DNA of 64,000 nucleotides from Escherichia coli (GTDB lineage Bacteria; Pseudomonadota; Gammaproteobacteria; Enterobacterales; Enterobacteriaceae): NCBI RefSeq assembly GCF_024298765.1, contig NZ_CP101210.1; one strand, 5' to 3'. Shown piece by piece: positions 1 to 16,129 of this stretch (position 1 is its first letter; each line of letters starts with the position of its first letter). The notes under the pieces were generated by a model. It saw only the letters and a program-made list of their open reading frames with translations, ran no database searches and was not told where the DNA came from. The position numbers and the translations under genes were made by a program.

Positions 1-2031
<2,031 letters not shown>

Positions 2032-2215
2032 TCACAACCCGAAGATGTTTCACTTCAGAGTTGCGAAAATTTGAGAGACTCACGAACAACTTTCGTTGTT
2101 CAGTGTTTCAATTTTCAGCTTGATCCAGATTTTTAAAGAGCAAATATCTCAAACATCACCCGAAGATGAGTTTTGAGATATTAAGGCAGGTGACTTTCAC
2201 TCACAAACCAGCAAG

Positions 2216-2291
2216 TGGCGTCCCCTAGGGGATTCGAACCCCTGTTACCGCCGTGAAAGGGCGGTGTCCTGGGCCTCTAGACGAAGGGGAC
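2216..2291 (-). tRNA. gltU: tRNA-Glu(UUC) in the 16S-23S spacer
   Basis: Reverse complement reads GTCCCCTTCGTCTAGAGGCCCAGGACACCGCCCTTTCACGGCGGTAACAGGGGTTCGAATCCCCTAGGGGACGCCA, the canonical E. coli tRNA-Glu with CCA end. Confidence 0.95.
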
Positions 2292-2376
2292 GTATCAGTC
2301 TGCTTCGCAAGACGCCTTGCTTTTCACTTTCTATCAGACAATCTGTGTGAGCACTGCAAAGAACGCTTCTTTAAGG

Positions 2377-3918
<1,542 letters not shown>

Positions 3919-4094
3919 AAAAGTTTGATGCTCAAAGAATTAAACTTCGTAATGAATTACGTGTTCACTCTTGAGACTTGGTATTCATTTTTCGTCTTGC
4001 GACGTTAAGAATCCGTATCTTCGAGTGCCCACACAGATTGTCTGATAAATTGTTAAAGAGCAGTGCCGCTTCGCTTTTTCTCAGCGGCGCGGGG

Positions 4095-4130
4095 TGTGCA
4101 TAATACGCTTTCCCGCTACAGAGTCAAGCA
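4095..4130 (-). promoter_or_regulatory. rRNA operon P2 promoter
   Basis: Minus strand reads TTGACT (-35, + coords 4122-4127), 16 bp spacer, TATTAT (-10, 4100-4105), then the GC-rich discriminator CACACCCCGCGCC typical of rrn P2. Confidence 0.7.
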
Positions 4131-4214
4131 TTTATTTTTGCTTTCTCTGCCGGAATTCTCAGGAGAACCCCGCTAACCCGGCGGCGTGTTTGCCGTTGTT
4201 CCGTGTCAGTGGTG

Positions 4215-4300
4215 GCGCATTATAGGGAGTTATTCCGGCCTGACAAGAGGAAATTTAAAATAATTTTCTGACCGCGCATTTTTTCAGCAAAAGCCCCGTT
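4215..4300 (-). promoter_or_regulatory. rRNA operon P1 promoter with upstream AT-rich UP element / Fis region
   Basis: Minus strand reads TTGTCA (-35, 4241-4246), 16 bp spacer, TATAAT (-10, 4219-4224), then GCGCCACCACT; an AT-rich tract lies upstream at 4250-4300. Confidence 0.7.
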
Positions 4301-4398
4301 AATGTGCCATAAAACAAGCAATTTGCCGTTTTTGCAACCGTAATCACACTTCCTGGTGGCATACTAAGGAGGAATAAAAAGAAAAAGGAAGATTAGTA

Positions 4399-5091
4399 AT
4401 GCCTTTAAGCGCACAACAGTTAGCTGCACAGAAAAACCTTTCGTATGTTCTGGCTGAGAAGCTGGCGCAACGCATCTTAAAAGGTGAATATGAACCCGGC
4501 ACCATTTTGCCTGGTGAGATTGAGCTGGGCGAGCAATTTGGAGTGAGTCGTACAGCGGTACGCGAAGCGGTCAAAACGTTAACGGCAAAAGGGATGGTTT
4601 TACCGCGACCGCGAATTGGTACCCGGGTCATGCCACAATCAAACTGGAATTTTCTTGATCAGGAATTGCTTACCTGGTGGATGACAGAAGAGAACTTTCA
4701 TCAGGTCATCGATCACTTTCTGGTTATGCGTATCTGTCTGGAGCCGCAAGCTTGCCTACTGGCAGCAATGGTTGGCACCGCGGAACAGAAGGCGCATCTC
4801 AATACGTTAATGGCCGAAATGGTGGCATTAAAAGAGAACTTTCGCCGTGAACGCTGGATTGAGGTCGATATGGCCTGGCATGAGCATATCTATGAAATGA
4901 GCGCCAATCCGTTTTTGACCTCATTCGCCTCGCTCTTCCATTCGGTTTATCACACTTACTTCACGTCAATTACCAGCGACACAGTGATAAAGCTGGATCT
5001 GCACCAGGCGATTGTTGACGCGATTATCCAAAGCGATGGCGACGCGGCATTTAAAGCTTGTCAGGCGCTGCTACGCTCACCTGATAAGTGA
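4399..5091 (+). CDS. yieP: GntR/FadR-family transcriptional regulator YieP
   Basis: 230 aa ORF with N-terminal winged HTH (GVSRTAVREAVKTL) and a FadR-like C-terminal domain; sits beside the rrn promoters as in E. coli. Confidence 0.9.
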   Translation: MPLSAQQLAAQKNLSYVLAEKLAQRILKGEYEPGTILPGEIELGEQFGVSRTAVREAVKTLTAKGMVLPRPRIGTRVMPQSNWNFLDQELLTWWMTEENFHQVIDHFLVMRICLEPQACLLAAMVGTAEQKAHLNTLMAEMVALKENFRRERWIEVDMAWHEHIYEMSANPFLTSFASLFHSVYHTYFTSITSDTVIKLDLHQAIVDAIIQSDGDAAFKACQALLRSPDK

Positions 5092-5113
5092 CACCCCGAT
5101 AACAGGACATTGA

Positions 5114-6541
5114 ATGAGCGATAAAAAGAAGCGCAGTATGGCGGGTTTGCCGTGGATCGCGGCGATGGCCTTCTTCATGCAGGCACTTGATGCCACTATT
5201 CTGAATACCGCCTTACCCGCAATCGCTCATAGCCTTAATCGTTCTCCTCTCGCGATGCAATCAGCCATCATCAGTTATACGCTGACGGTGGCGATGCTTA
5301 TTCCGGTAAGCGGATGGCTAGCCGATCGCTTCGGTACGCGTCGCATATTTACTCTTGCCGTGAGTCTGTTCACGTTGGGTTCTCTGGCCTGCGCACTTTC
5401 TAACTCGCTACCACAGCTGGTTGTCTTCCGGGTTATTCAGGGGATAGGCGGCGCAATGATGATGCCTGTTGCTCGGCTGGCCTTACTGCGCGCTTATCCT
5501 CGTAATGAGCTTCTTCCTGTATTGAATTTTGTCGCCATGCCGGGTCTGGTGGGGCCAATTTTAGGCCCCGTTCTTGGCGGCGTGCTGGTCACCTGGGCAA
5601 CCTGGCACTGGATATTTTTAATCAATATCCCCATAGGTATTGCGGGCCTTCTTTACGCGCGCAAACATATGCCCAATTTCACCACCGCACGACGCAGATT
5701 CGATATCACTGGCTTTTTGCTGTTTGGCCTTAGCCTTGTTCTCTTCTCAAGCGGAATAGAGCTATTCGGGGAAAAGATTGTCGCCAGTTGGATTGCCTTG
5801 ACGGTAATTGTCACCAGCATCGGGTTACTGCTTCTCTATATTCTCCATGCACGACGCACGCCAAACCCATTAATTTCATTAGATTTATTTAAAACCCGCA
5901 CTTTCTCGATCGGTATCGTAGGCAATATTGCAACCCGTCTGGGGACCGGTTGTGTACCGTTCCTTATGCCATTGATGTTACAGGTAGGATTTGGTTATCA
6001 GGCTTTTATTGCCGGCTGTATGATGGCACCGACAGCGTTAGGTTCCATTATTGCAAAATCGATGGTTACCCAAGTCTTACGTCGTCTGGGCTATCGCCAT
6101 ACGTTAGTTGGGATCACGGTGATTATTGGGCTAATGATCGCTCAGTTCTATTTGCAATCACCGGCAATGGCGATATGGATGCTGATCTTGCCGTTGTTTA
6201 TATTAGGGATGGCTATGTCGACGCAATTTACCGCGATGAATACCATCACACTTGCCGATCTGACCGATGACAACGCCAGCAGCGGTAACAGTGTTCTGGC
6301 GGTCACGCAGCAACTGTCTATCAGTTTAGGCGTTGCTGTAAGTGCGGCCGTCCTTCGCGTTTATGAAGGGATGGAAGGCACAACGACAGTCGAACAATTC
6401 CACTATACGTTTATCACGATGGGCATTATTACTGTTGCTTCAGCAGCAATGTTCATGCTTCTGAAAACAACTGATGGTAATAATTTGATCAAAAGACAGC
6501 GTAAATCTAAGCCGAACCGCGTTCCATCAGAATCGGAGTAA
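5114..6541 (+). CDS. hsrA: MFS transporter HsrA (YieO)
   Basis: 475 aa highly hydrophobic ORF with MFS motif [11 protein letters not shown], consistent with a 14-TM drug/H+ antiporter-type protein. Confidence 0.88.
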
Positions 6542-7499
6542 GTTGTAATCGTTGTTGCTGAAGGGTCGGCTGGGTTATCCGATGGATGAGTACATCAATC
6601 GCCAGTTCCCCCAGTTCATCTTTCGGTTGGTGGATAGTGGTTAATGGTGGCGTCATAAAGCTTGCCAGTTCGATATCGTCATAGCCAATCACCGCGATAT
6701 CCTGCGGAACCTGTAACTCTGCCTGATACAGCGCCTGGTAAACGCCAACAGCCATAGCGTCATTTCCGGTAAAGACGGCCTGAGGACGCAGCGGATGTGA
6801 TAACAGTTGGCGCATGGCGTCAAACCCGCCGTTAAATTCAAAATCACCAGTGACTTCATAGCCATCAGGAATGTTGAGACCCGCACGTTTCATCGCCGCC
6901 CGATAACCTTCCAACCGCAGGCGCGCCGGAGTTTTATCCAGCGGACCGGTAATACAGGCGATACGGGTATGACCTTTATCGATCAGATATTGCGTTGCTA
7001 AGTCTCCGCCCAGCAACGAGTTATCCTGAATAAGATCGCTGTCGCCATCGAACGGAGCCCAGTCCATCATCACAGTAGGCACTGTCGGATAACGTTGCAT
7101 GATTTCACGCGAAGGTTGATGCGTTTCGGTGCACAGTAACAGCAAGCCATCAACGCGTTTTTGCATCAGCGTTTCCAGATTGCGATTCATCCGCTGTTCA
7201 TCGCCTTCGGTATTGCAAAGGACGAGACTATAACCGCGTTCGAAGCAGCTGCGTTCAACGCCACGCACCAGTTCTGAATAGAAAGGATTGGTACTGGCAG
7301 TGATCAACATGCCAATGGTATGTGTTTGATTGAGTTTGAGGCTACGCGCCAGGGCTGATGGCGCGTAATTGAGTTCTTTAATCGCCGCTTCAACTTTGGC
7401 GGTAATCGCTTCACTGACGAAGCGATCTTTATTGATAACGTGAGAAACTGTTGAGGTAGAAACGCCCGCCAGGCGGGCAACATCTTTCATTGTAGCCAA
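6507..7499 (-). CDS. rbsR: Ribose operon repressor RbsR (LacI family)
   Basis: 330 aa ORF; N-terminal LacI-type [27 protein letters not shown]; apparent TTG start; 3' end overlaps the hsrA 3' end by 35 nt. Confidence 0.93.
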
Positions 7500-7502
7500 G
7501 CG

Positions 7503-8432
7503 TCACCTCTGCCTGTCTAAAAATGCGTCGATCTCTTCACGCCACGGTACGGAAGGTTGTGCGCCTTTACGTGTTACGGCAATCGCAGCGGCAGCATGGG
7601 CAAACCGAATCGCCTCTGGCAATGGTTTTTCTTCCAGCAACGCCGTGATTAACGCGCCGTTAAAGGTATCTCCGGCAGCAATGGTATCGACAGCCTGCAC
7701 CCGGAATCCAGGAACGCGCTGACCTTCACCATTCACGCTAGCCCATACACCACGACTTCCTAAAGTAATCAGTACAGTACGGATACCTTTTTCATGCAGT
7801 ACCTGCGCCGCCTTCGCTGCATCTTCATCATTTTCAACACGAATACCGGTGAGCTTTTCTGCTTCCGTTTCGTTTGGCGTAATAATGTCCACCAGCGCCA
7901 GCAGTTCGTCAGGAAGTTCGCGAGCCGGAGCCGGGTTAAGCGCAACGATAGTCTTATTTTGATGGGCGATTTTCGCCGCTGCCATCACACTTTCGAGTGG
8001 TGATTCCAGCTGCATTAATAATGCTGACGCGTTGGCAATACGCTCACGTTGCGCTTCCACCAGCGCCGGGGAAAGGGCAGCATTAGCGCCGGCATGAATA
8101 CCAATGACATTCTCACCTTCGCCATTAACAAAAATCAGCGCCACACCTGTTGATTCGCCTTTGATCACGCTGACCGGAGAAATATCGATGTTATCAGTGG
8201 CGAGCTGCTGGCGAACGCTCTCGCCAATGCTGTCATCGCCAGTACAGGCAATAAACGCGATATTCGCACCGCTACGCCCAGCAGCCACAGCCTGATTCGC
8301 GCCTTTGCCGCCAAATGCAACCTGATAGTGGTTACCGGTTACGGTTTCGCCTGGGGTAGGAAAAGATTGAAGATTAAGAATGTGGTCAGCATTAATGCTG
8401 CCAAGAACAACGAGGCTGCCTGCGTTTTGCAT
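7503..8432 (-). CDS. rbsK: Ribokinase
   Basis: PfkB-family motifs GGKGANQAVAA and DTIAAGDTFNGAL; start placed at the internal ATG (MQNAGSLVVLGS...) giving 309 aa; the ORF track extends to 8459 from a GTG. Confidence 0.92.
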   Translation of the reverse strand: MQNAGSLVVLGSINADHILNLQSFPTPGETVTGNHYQVAFGGKGANQAVAAGRSGANIAFIACTGDDSIGESVRQQLATDNIDISPVSVIKGESTGVALIFVNGEGENVIGIHAGANAALSPALVEAQRERIANASALLMQLESPLESVMAAAKIAHQNKTIVALNPAPARELPDELLALVDIITPNETEAEKLTGIRVENDEDAAKAAQVLHEKGIRTVLITLGSRGVWASVNGEGQRVPGFRVQAVDTIAAGDTFNGALITALLEEKPLPEAIRFAHAAAAIAVTRKGAQPSVPWREEIDAFLDRQR

Positions 8433-8557
8433 ATTCGGGATGTCCATAAAATGCGCCACCGTGTTAGGGTGGCGCGTGCCCTGCTTTTCTTTATATTACA
8501 CGTTCATCTGTCGATGCCGTATTTATGTCACCATCAGGTCATACAACCTGATTAAAA

Positions 8558-9448
8558 CTACTGCTTAACAACCAGTTTCAGATCAACCGGATACTTAGCC
8601 TGAACTTTCTCGCCTTTCAGTACTTTATCTGCGGTTTCGACGCCTTTCGCGCCAATCTGATCGGGTAGCTGAGCGATAGTCGCTGCTAGTTTGCCATCAT
8701 TCACCGCTTTTTCGCCATCCGGTGTACCATCAAATCCGACGACCATCACATCCGATTTACCGGCAGTTTGCAGTGCGCGCAGCGCGCCCAGCGCCATTTC
8801 ATCATTCTGCGCGAATACAGCCTGAACATCCGGATGTGCGGTCAACAGGTTCTGCATTACGTTCAAACCTTTGGTGCGATCAAAATCTGCTGGCTGGCTG
8901 GCAAGAACATTAAACTTGTGAGCAGCAACAGCCTGCTGGAAGCCTTCGCCACGTTCACGGGCTGCGGATGTACCAGCAATGCCTTGCAGCTCGATAACTT
9001 TGGCACCTTCGCCCGCTTTCTTCGCGATGTAATCACCGGCGATTTTGCCGCCAAGTACGTTATCAGAAGCAATGTGGCTCACCACTTCACCTTTCGTTGC
9101 CTGGCGGTCAAGAGTGATAACCGGGATGTTCGCCTGGTTAGCCATCTTCACAGCATTACCCACTGCGTCGGAGTCGGTCGGGTTAATCAGCAGAATTTTG
9201 GTGCCGCGAACGGTTAAGTCCTGTACGTTCGCCAGCTCTTTCGCCGGGTTGTTCTGGGAGTCCAGCACCACCAGGTTATAACCAAGTTTATCCGCCTCTT
9301 TCTGCGCGCCATCTTTCAGCGATACAAAGAACGGGTTGTTAAGCGTGGAGACCACCAGCGCGATGGTGTCTTTTGCCATCGCATTCGCACTGACGGTGGC
9401 GCTTAGCGCAACAGCGGAAACCAGGGTAGCCAGTTTTTTCATGTTCAT
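8558..9448 (-). CDS. rbsB: Periplasmic ribose-binding protein
   Basis: Signal peptide [25 protein letters not shown] followed by a periplasmic-binding-protein fold sequence; 296 aa from the ATG at 9448. Confidence 0.93.
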   Translation of the reverse strand: MNMKKLATLVSAVALSATVSANAMAKDTIALVVSTLNNPFFVSLKDGAQKEADKLGYNLVVLDSQNNPAKELANVQDLTVRGTKILLINPTDSDAVGNAVKMANQANIPVITLDRQATKGEVVSHIASDNVLGGKIAGDYIAKKAGEGAKVIELQGIAGTSAARERGEGFQQAVAAHKFNVLASQPADFDRTKGLNVMQNLLTAHPDVQAVFAQNDEMALGALRALQTAGKSDVMVVGFDGTPDGEKAVNDGKLAATIAQLPDQIGAKGVETADKVLKGEKVQAKYPVDLKLVVKQ

Positions 9449-9472
9449 ATTCAAGATGTCCTGTAGTCGTTA

Positions 9473-10438
9473 TTACTGCTTTTTGTTGTCTACCAGCACC
9501 GCCAGCAAAATCACCACCGCTTTGACGATCATCTGGTAATAGGAGGAAACACCTAACAAATTCAATCCATTATTAAGGAAGCCAAGAATTAATGCACCGA
9601 TCAACGTTCCAACAATGCGACCTTTTCCGCCCGCCAGACTCGTACCGCCCAGAACCACCGCAGCAATAGCATCCAGCTCATAGCCAGTCCCCGCCGTGGG
9701 TTGTGCGGAGGAGAGACGCGCCACTTCAATGATCCCGGCCAGCGATGCCAGCAGACCACAAAGAGAATAGACGATGATTTTGATTTTATTGACGTTGATA
9801 CCAGAAAGACGCGTTGCCGCTTCGTTGCCGCCCAGCGCGTAGATGTAACGCCCCAAACGCGTGTGATGCAGCATGTACCAGGCCGCGAGGAAGACAATAC
9901 CCATGATCCAGACTGGCGTCGGTACGCCCAGCGGACGACCAATACCAAACCAGCCAAACAGATCGGCGTTCTCAGTAAAGCCGGTATTCACTGGGCTACC
10001 GTTGGTATAAACCATGGTCACGCCGCGCAGTAAAAGCATCATAACCAGCGTAGCGATAAACGCCTGGACGCGACCTTTCGCTACAATCACCCCGGTTACC
10101 GCACCAATTGCGGCACCTAACGCGAGAGCAGCAGCAACAGCCACCAGCGCATTGACTTCAATGCCAACGATAGATGCAGCAACTGCGCCGGTCAGCGCCA
10201 ACAGAGAACCTACCGACAAGTCGATGCCCGACGTCAGGATCACCAGCGTCATCCCGACTGCCATAATGGCGTTCACCGAGGTTTGCTGGAGAATATTGAA
10301 TAAGTTATTGATGGTGAAAAAGTTCGGACTTAACGTCGAGACAATCGCGATCAGCACCAGCAGAGCGATAAGCGATTTCTGCTCCATCAGCCACGCTTTC
10401 GTGAAATAACGGCGACCAGAGACAGTCTGGGTTGTCAT
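9473..10438 (-). CDS. rbsC: Ribose ABC transporter permease
   Basis: 321 aa polytopic membrane ORF lying between rbsB and rbsA. Confidence 0.92.
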   Translation of the reverse strand: MTTQTVSGRRYFTKAWLMEQKSLIALLVLIAIVSTLSPNFFTINNLFNILQQTSVNAIMAVGMTLVILTSGIDLSVGSLLALTGAVAASIVGIEVNALVAVAAALALGAAIGAVTGVIVAKGRVQAFIATLVMMLLLRGVTMVYTNGSPVNTGFTENADLFGWFGIGRPLGVPTPVWIMGIVFLAAWYMLHHTRLGRYIYALGGNEAATRLSGINVNKIKIIVYSLCGLLASLAGIIEVARLSSAQPTAGTGYELDAIAAVVLGGTSLAGGKGRIVGTLIGALILGFLNNGLNLLGVSSYYQMIVKAVVILLAVLVDNKKQ

Positions 10439-10442
10439 TTTT

Positions 10443-11948
10443 TTACTCCTGATTCACGCGATTAAGCTTGCCCACAGCGGCAGCCATTAACACTTCCTGG
10501 GTGGCCTGCTCACGAGTAAATTCCCCGCTGAGATGCCCTTCATGCATGACGATGATGCGATCGCTCATGCCTAATACTTCTGGCATCTCCGATGACACCA
10601 GAATGATGCTCAAGCCATCGGCTTTGAACTGGTTAATCAGTTGATAGATCTCTTTTTTCGCGCCGACATCTACGCCACGGGTAGGCTCATCGAGGATCAA
10701 CACTTTGGGGCGTGTCATCAGACCACGGGCAATCGCCACTTTTTGCTGATTGCCACCGGAAAGCAGACCAATTGCCTGTTCCATCGACGGCGTTTTCACA
10801 TTAAACAGACGAATGAAATCACTTACTGCCTGCTGTTCATCGGCATGCTTCAAACTGCCGCCAGCGCGGCTGAAGTAGCGCAGCGCGGTCAGCGACATAT
10901 TCTCTTTTACTGACATGCCCAGCACTAAACCGTCACGTTTACGGTCTTCGGAGATATACACAATGCCGTTTGCCAGGCCATCCTGTGGTGAACGGGTAAC
11001 GACTTCATGCCCATCCAGGGTGACGTAACCGCTGGTGCGCGGCAGTGCGCCGTAGAGCACTTTCATCAGTTCAGTACGACCTGCGCCCATCAAACCAGAG
11101 ACGCCAAGGATTTCGCCTTTGCGTAAAGTAAAAGAGACATCGTTAACGCCAGGTCCGCAGAGATTATCGACTTTCAGGCGAATATCTCCCGGCGCTTTGT
11201 CCAGGTGTGGATATTGATCTTCCAGCTTGCGGCCCACCATCATCTCAATCAGCGAATCTTCGGTCAGTGATGCTACTTCACGCTCAGCAATAAATTGCCC
11301 GTCACGAAAAACGGTAACGTCATCGCAAATCTCGAAGATTTCTTTCATGCGGTGGGAAATATAGACAATACCGCGGCCTTGCGATTTCAGCTCGCGGATG
11401 ACGCGGAACAAGGATTCGGTTTCGGTATCGGTCAGCGCATCGGTCGGTTCATCCATAATGATGACTTTCGACTCAAAGCTCAGCACTTTGGCTATTTCAA
11501 CCATTTGCTGGTCACCGATGGAAAGATCGCCCACCAGCTTGTCGCTTTTAAAGCGCAGGTTAAGTTTAGCCAGCAATTTATCCGCTTCGGCATACATGGT
11601 TTTCCAGTCAATTTTGCCAAAGCGATTAACAAACTCACGACCGAGGAAAATGTTTTCGGCAATGGTCAACTGCGGGATCAGGTTCAGTTCCTGATGGATA
11701 ATCCCAATCCCGGCTTCCTGGGAAGATTTCGGCCCGGTAAACGTCGTTTCTTTCCCCAGCCATAAAAGCGTACCGGCATCGCGAGTATAGATACCCGTAA
11801 GCACTTTCATCATGGTGGATTTACCCGCACCGTTTTCGCCCACCAGCGCCATCACACGGCCCGGATAGACATTTAACGCTGCGCCCGAGAGGGCTTTTAC
11901 GCCCGGGAAGGCTTTATCGATGCCTTTAAGCTGAAGTAATGCTTCCAT
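10443..11948 (-). CDS. rbsA: Ribose ABC transporter ATP-binding protein (duplicated ABC domains)
   Basis: 501 aa; two Walker A motifs ([12 protein letters not shown] and a second degenerate P-loop GLMGAGRTE) and ABC signature [13 protein letters not shown]. Confidence 0.94.
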
Positions 11949-11955
11949 GACGGCC

Positions 11956-12375
11956 TCAGAACGTCACGCCAGCACAGAGAATGATATTCGCATACGGAGA
12001 ACATTCTCCGCTGCGAATTACCGCCTGACTTTCTGCGGTTTGTTGTTTGAATTGTTCATGCGTGGTGTAACGAATTTCAATGGTATTTCCCTGGTGTTGT
12101 TGCAGCTGCTCAAGGTGAGTGAGCAACGTTTCGTGGAGATGCGGATTATGTTGTTTGATCTCTTCCGCGATAATGGCCGCCTCGACCTGCATTTCATTTG
12201 TGACGACGCCCAGCACCTGCATAAAAGAAGGTACACCCTGGGTTAATGCCATATCGATACGCGTTGTACTTTTGGGGATGGGTAAACCAGCATCACACAC
12301 CACCAGCGTATCGGTATGTCCCAGACGGGAGATCACCGATGAAATATCAGAATTAAGAACGGTGCCTTTTTTCAT
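11956..12375 (-). CDS. rbsD: D-ribose pyranase
   Basis: 139 aa from the ATG at 12375 ([30 protein letters not shown]...); first gene of the rbs operon. Confidence 0.9.
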
Positions 12376-12386
12376 TTTTTTCTCCA

Positions 12387-12406
12387 TCAGCGAAACGTTT
12401 CGCTGA
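12387..12406. promoter_or_regulatory. Putative RbsR operator (perfect palindrome) in rbs promoter region
   Basis: TCAGCGAAACGTTTCGCTGA is a perfect 20-bp inverted repeat immediately upstream of rbsD; a related half-site CGAAACGTTTTA and a TGTGA CRP-like half site lie further upstream at about 12450-12480. Confidence 0.6.
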
Positions 12407-12541
12407 CCCGCAGTTTAATCCTGACTGAGTTGGGAAAACCATCGTGACGTTACGGAAATGTGATCAACCTCGAAACGTTTTACATGGTGATTAACCATGA
12501 AAACAAAAACGCCCCCTTATGGAGAAAGGAGGCGTCTGGCG

Positions 12542-14410
12542 TTAGATTTCGACCTGAGTACCCAGTTCGATAACCCTGTTTGGTGGGATTTCAAATTGAT
12601 CCGGCGCACGCAGCGCATTACGTTGCAGCAGCAAGTACAGCTTGCCGCGCAGACGCAAATACCACGGGCGTTTGCCGAGGATCAACGACTCATGCGACAT
12701 AAAGAAGGAGGTTTCCATCATCCGGCAACTTAATCCTTCCAGACCGCAGCGGTGGAAAACTTCTTCCACGTTTGGCGTTTCTCGCCAACCATAACTTGCC
12801 ACCACGCGCCAGAAAGTGGGCGACAGTTGTTCAATCTGTACCCGACGGACGTTATGGACATATGGCGCGTCTTCGGTGCGCAGAGTTAACAGAATCACCC
12901 GCTCATGCAATACCTTGTTATGTTTCAGGTTATGCATCAGCGCAAAGGGAATGACGTTGATTGCACGCGACATATACACCGCGGTCCCAGGCACGCGAAC
13001 GGGCGGTGATTTCTCCAGCGAAGCAATCATCGCTTCCAGAGAGTTACCATGTTCATGCATCCGCCGCAGCAAGCGGAAACGCTCGCTCTTCCAGGTGGTC
13101 ATCACGATAAACATCACCGTACCGAGGCTCAATGGCAACCAGCCGCCGGAGAGCAGTTTATCGAGGTTAGCGGTGAACAAGGGAATATCGACACAAAGGA
13201 AAGCAATCAGGATCAGCACAACAAAATACTTATTCCAGTGCCAGTTCTGACGTGCCACGGTAGTCGAGAGAATAGACGTCAGCACCATGGTTCCGGTCAC
13301 CGCAATCCCGTACGCCGCCGCCAGGTTGCTGGAGTGCTCAAAGCTGACAATCACAATCACGACCGCGACATAGAGCATCCAGTTCACAAAGGGAATATAG
13401 ATTTGCCCTGACTCCATTTCGGAAGTGTGAATAATGCGCATCGGCGACAAATATCCCAGACGTACCGCCTGACGCGTCAATGAGAAGACGCCAGAGATAA
13501 CCGCCTGCGAGGCAATTACCGTCGCCAGTGCGGCGATGATCAGCAGCGGGATCAGCGCCCAGTCCGGTGCCAACAGGAAGAACGGGTTCTTAATCGCTTC
13601 CGGATTCTTTAACAACAGCGCTCCCTGGCCGAAGTAATTAAGGGTTAAGGAAGGCAATACGACGGTGAACCACGCCAGACGAATAGGGAACTTACCAAAG
13701 TGCCCCATATCAGCATACAGCGCCTCGACCCCCGTAATCGACAGCACCACTGCCCCTAATGCAATAAAAGAAACCGTTTTGTATTCAAGGAAGAAATGCA
13801 CCGCCCACATCGGATTCAGTGCATGCAGCACTTCCGGGTTAGCAATAATGCTACGTAACCCCAGCCCTGCCAGAATCAAAAACCAGGTCAGCATGATCGG
13901 CGCAAACAGCTTACCGACCATAGCCGTGCCATGTTTTTGAATCATGAATAATAATGTGAGAACGATAATTGAGAGGGGAACTATCCAGGTATCCAGCTGC
14001 GGGGCGACGATTTCCAGACCTTCAATGGCGGACATCACCGAAATAGCGGGTGTTATGACGACTTCACCATAGAAAAAGCTGCCGCCGATTAGCCCCATAA
14101 TCACCAGCATTGATGTGGTTCGCGCCGACGTATTACGCCCGGCAAGCGACATCAACGTCAGGATCCCCCCTTCACCGGCGTTATCTGCCCGCATCACGAA
14201 GGTGAGATATTTAATGGAAACCACAAAGATTAGCAGCCAGAAGATCAGCGATAAAAAGCCAAACACGGCATCGCGTTCAACGCCAAAACCAAACTGGCCG
14301 GACAAACATTCACGAAGTGTATATAACGGGCTGGTACCAATATCGCCGTAGACAACTCCAATCGCCGCGAGGGTAATCGCGGGCAATGATTGCTTATTAT
14401 CAGTGCTCAT
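12542..14410 (-). CDS. kup: Low-affinity K+ uptake transporter Kup (TrkD)
   Basis: 622 aa ORF with 12-TM N-terminal domain and hydrophilic C-terminus, characteristic of the KUP/HAK family; N-terminus [32 protein letters not shown]. Confidence 0.94.
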   Translation of the reverse strand: MSTDNKQSLPAITLAAIGVVYGDIGTSPLYTLRECLSGQFGFGVERDAVFGFLSLIFWLLIFVVSIKYLTFVMRADNAGEGGILTLMSLAGRNTSARTTSMLVIMGLIGGSFFYGEVVITPAISVMSAIEGLEIVAPQLDTWIVPLSIIVLTLLFMIQKHGTAMVGKLFAPIMLTWFLILAGLGLRSIIANPEVLHALNPMWAVHFFLEYKTVSFIALGAVVLSITGVEALYADMGHFGKFPIRLAWFTVVLPSLTLNYFGQGALLLKNPEAIKNPFFLLAPDWALIPLLIIAALATVIASQAVISGVFSLTRQAVRLGYLSPMRIIHTSEMESGQIYIPFVNWMLYVAVVIVIVSFEHSSNLAAAYGIAVTGTMVLTSILSTTVARQNWHWNKYFVVLILIAFLCVDIPLFTANLDKLLSGGWLPLSLGTVMFIVMTTWKSERFRLLRRMHEHGNSLEAMIASLEKSPPVRVPGTAVYMSRAINVIPFALMHNLKHNKVLHERVILLTLRTEDAPYVHNVRRVQIEQLSPTFWRVVASYGWRETPNVEEVFHRCGLEGLSCRMMETSFFMSHESLILGKRPWYLRLRGKLYLLLQRNALRAPDQFEIPPNRVIELGTQVEI

Positions 14411-14632
14411 AGACTAGTCTTTCGTTGAAATATGAAATGTGTGCTTAGTCCCTTGGCCCACAAAAAAGCGCACAGTATGCACGATTAACGGCAAAATCGT
14501 ACTCCTAAATGCGGCCACATTAACCTGGCTCAAAGAAAAATACCCCCCCTTTGAGACTATTTTAGCCACCAGCAAGAAACGTCTATACTCGCAATTTACG
14601 CAGAACTTTTGACGAAAGGACGCCACTTCATT

Positions 14633-16129
14633 ATGGCTCACCCTCATTTATTAGCGGAAAGAATTTCCCGCCTGAGCAGTTCGTTGGAAAAGGGGCTTTA
14701 TGAACGTAGCCACGCCATCCGCTTGTGTTTATTAGCGGCATTAAGTGGTGAAAGTGTGTTCCTCCTTGGCCCGCCAGGTATTGCCAAAAGTTTGATCGCC
14801 CGGCGCTTAAAATTCGCCTTTCAGAATGCCCGCGCGTTTGAATATCTGATGACTCGCTTCTCCACGCCGGAAGAGGTTTTTGGTCCCCTTTCTATTCAGG
14901 CGCTAAAAGATGAAGGGCGCTATGAACGTTTAACCAGCGGTTACCTGCCGGAAGCAGAAATCGTCTTTCTGGATGAGATCTGGAAAGCGGGTCCGGCAAT
15001 TCTTAATACCCTGCTCACCGCCATTAACGAGCGCCAGTTCCGCAACGGTGCACACGTAGAAAAAATCCCGATGCGCCTGCTGGTGGCGGCCTCCAACGAG
15101 CTGCCGGAAGCAGACAGCAGTCTGGAAGCGTTATATGACCGCATGCTGATTCGTCTGTGGTTAGATAAAGTGCAGGATAAAGCGAATTTCCGCTCCATGC
15201 TGACCAGTCAACAGGATGAAAACGACAATCCGGTTCCTGCCTCCTTGCAGGTCACAGATGAAGAATATGAACGCTGGCAGAAAGAGATTGGTGAAATTAC
15301 GCTGCCCGATCATGTATTTGAGCTGATTTTTATGCTGCGCCAGCAACTGGATAAATTACCGGATGCGCCTTATGTCTCGGATCGTCGCTGGAAAAAAGCG
15401 ATCCGCTTATTGCAGGCCAGCGCCTTTTTTAGCGGTCGCAGTGCCGTTGCCCCGGTAGATCTCATTTTGCTGAAAGATTGCCTGTGGTATGACGCGCAAA
15501 GCCTGAATTTGATACAACAACAAATTGATGTATTGATGACCGGTCATGCCTGGCAACAGCAAGGGATGTTGACCCGCCTGGGCGCGATTGTGCAACGTCA
15601 CCTGCAACTCCAGCAGCAACAAAGCGATAAAACAGCCTTAACGGTAATTCGTCTGGGCGGCATTTTCAGCCGTCGTCAGCAGTATCAACTTCCTGTTAAC
15701 GTTACTGCTTCCACTCTGACTCTGCTGCTGCAAAAACCGTTAAAACTGCATGATATGGAAGTGGTTCATATCTCCTTTGAGCGTAACGCGCTGGAACAGT
15801 GGCTGAGTAAAGGTGGTGAAATTCGCGGCAAACTGAACGGTATTGGCTTTGCCCAGAAACTGAATCTGGAAGTTGATAGTGCCCAACATCTTGTTGTACG
15901 CGATATAAGTTTACAAGGCAGTACGCTGGCACTTCCCGGTTCATCGGCTGAAGGTCTACCAGGTGAAATAAAACAACAACTGGAAGAGCTTGAAAGCGAC
16001 TGGCGCAAGCAACACGCTTTATTCAGCGAACAGCAAAAATGTCTGTTTATCCCTGGCGACTGGTTAGGTCGCATTGAAGCCAGCCTACAGGATGTCGGTG
16101 CACAGATTCGCCAGGCACAACAATGCTAA
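14633..16129 (+). CDS. ravA: MoxR-family AAA+ ATPase RavA
   Basis: Walker A GPPGIAKS and Walker B FLDEIWKA; start set at the ATG giving [14 protein letters not shown] (498 aa); the ORF track starts 8 codons earlier at a TTG. Confidence 0.93.

Noticed and set aside
14414-14647. 77 aa minus-strand ORF filling the kup-ravA intergenic region
   Set aside because: No ribosome-binding site, it overlaps the ravA start and the kup promoter/5'UTR, and the composition is atypical; most likely a chance open frame in regulatory DNA.
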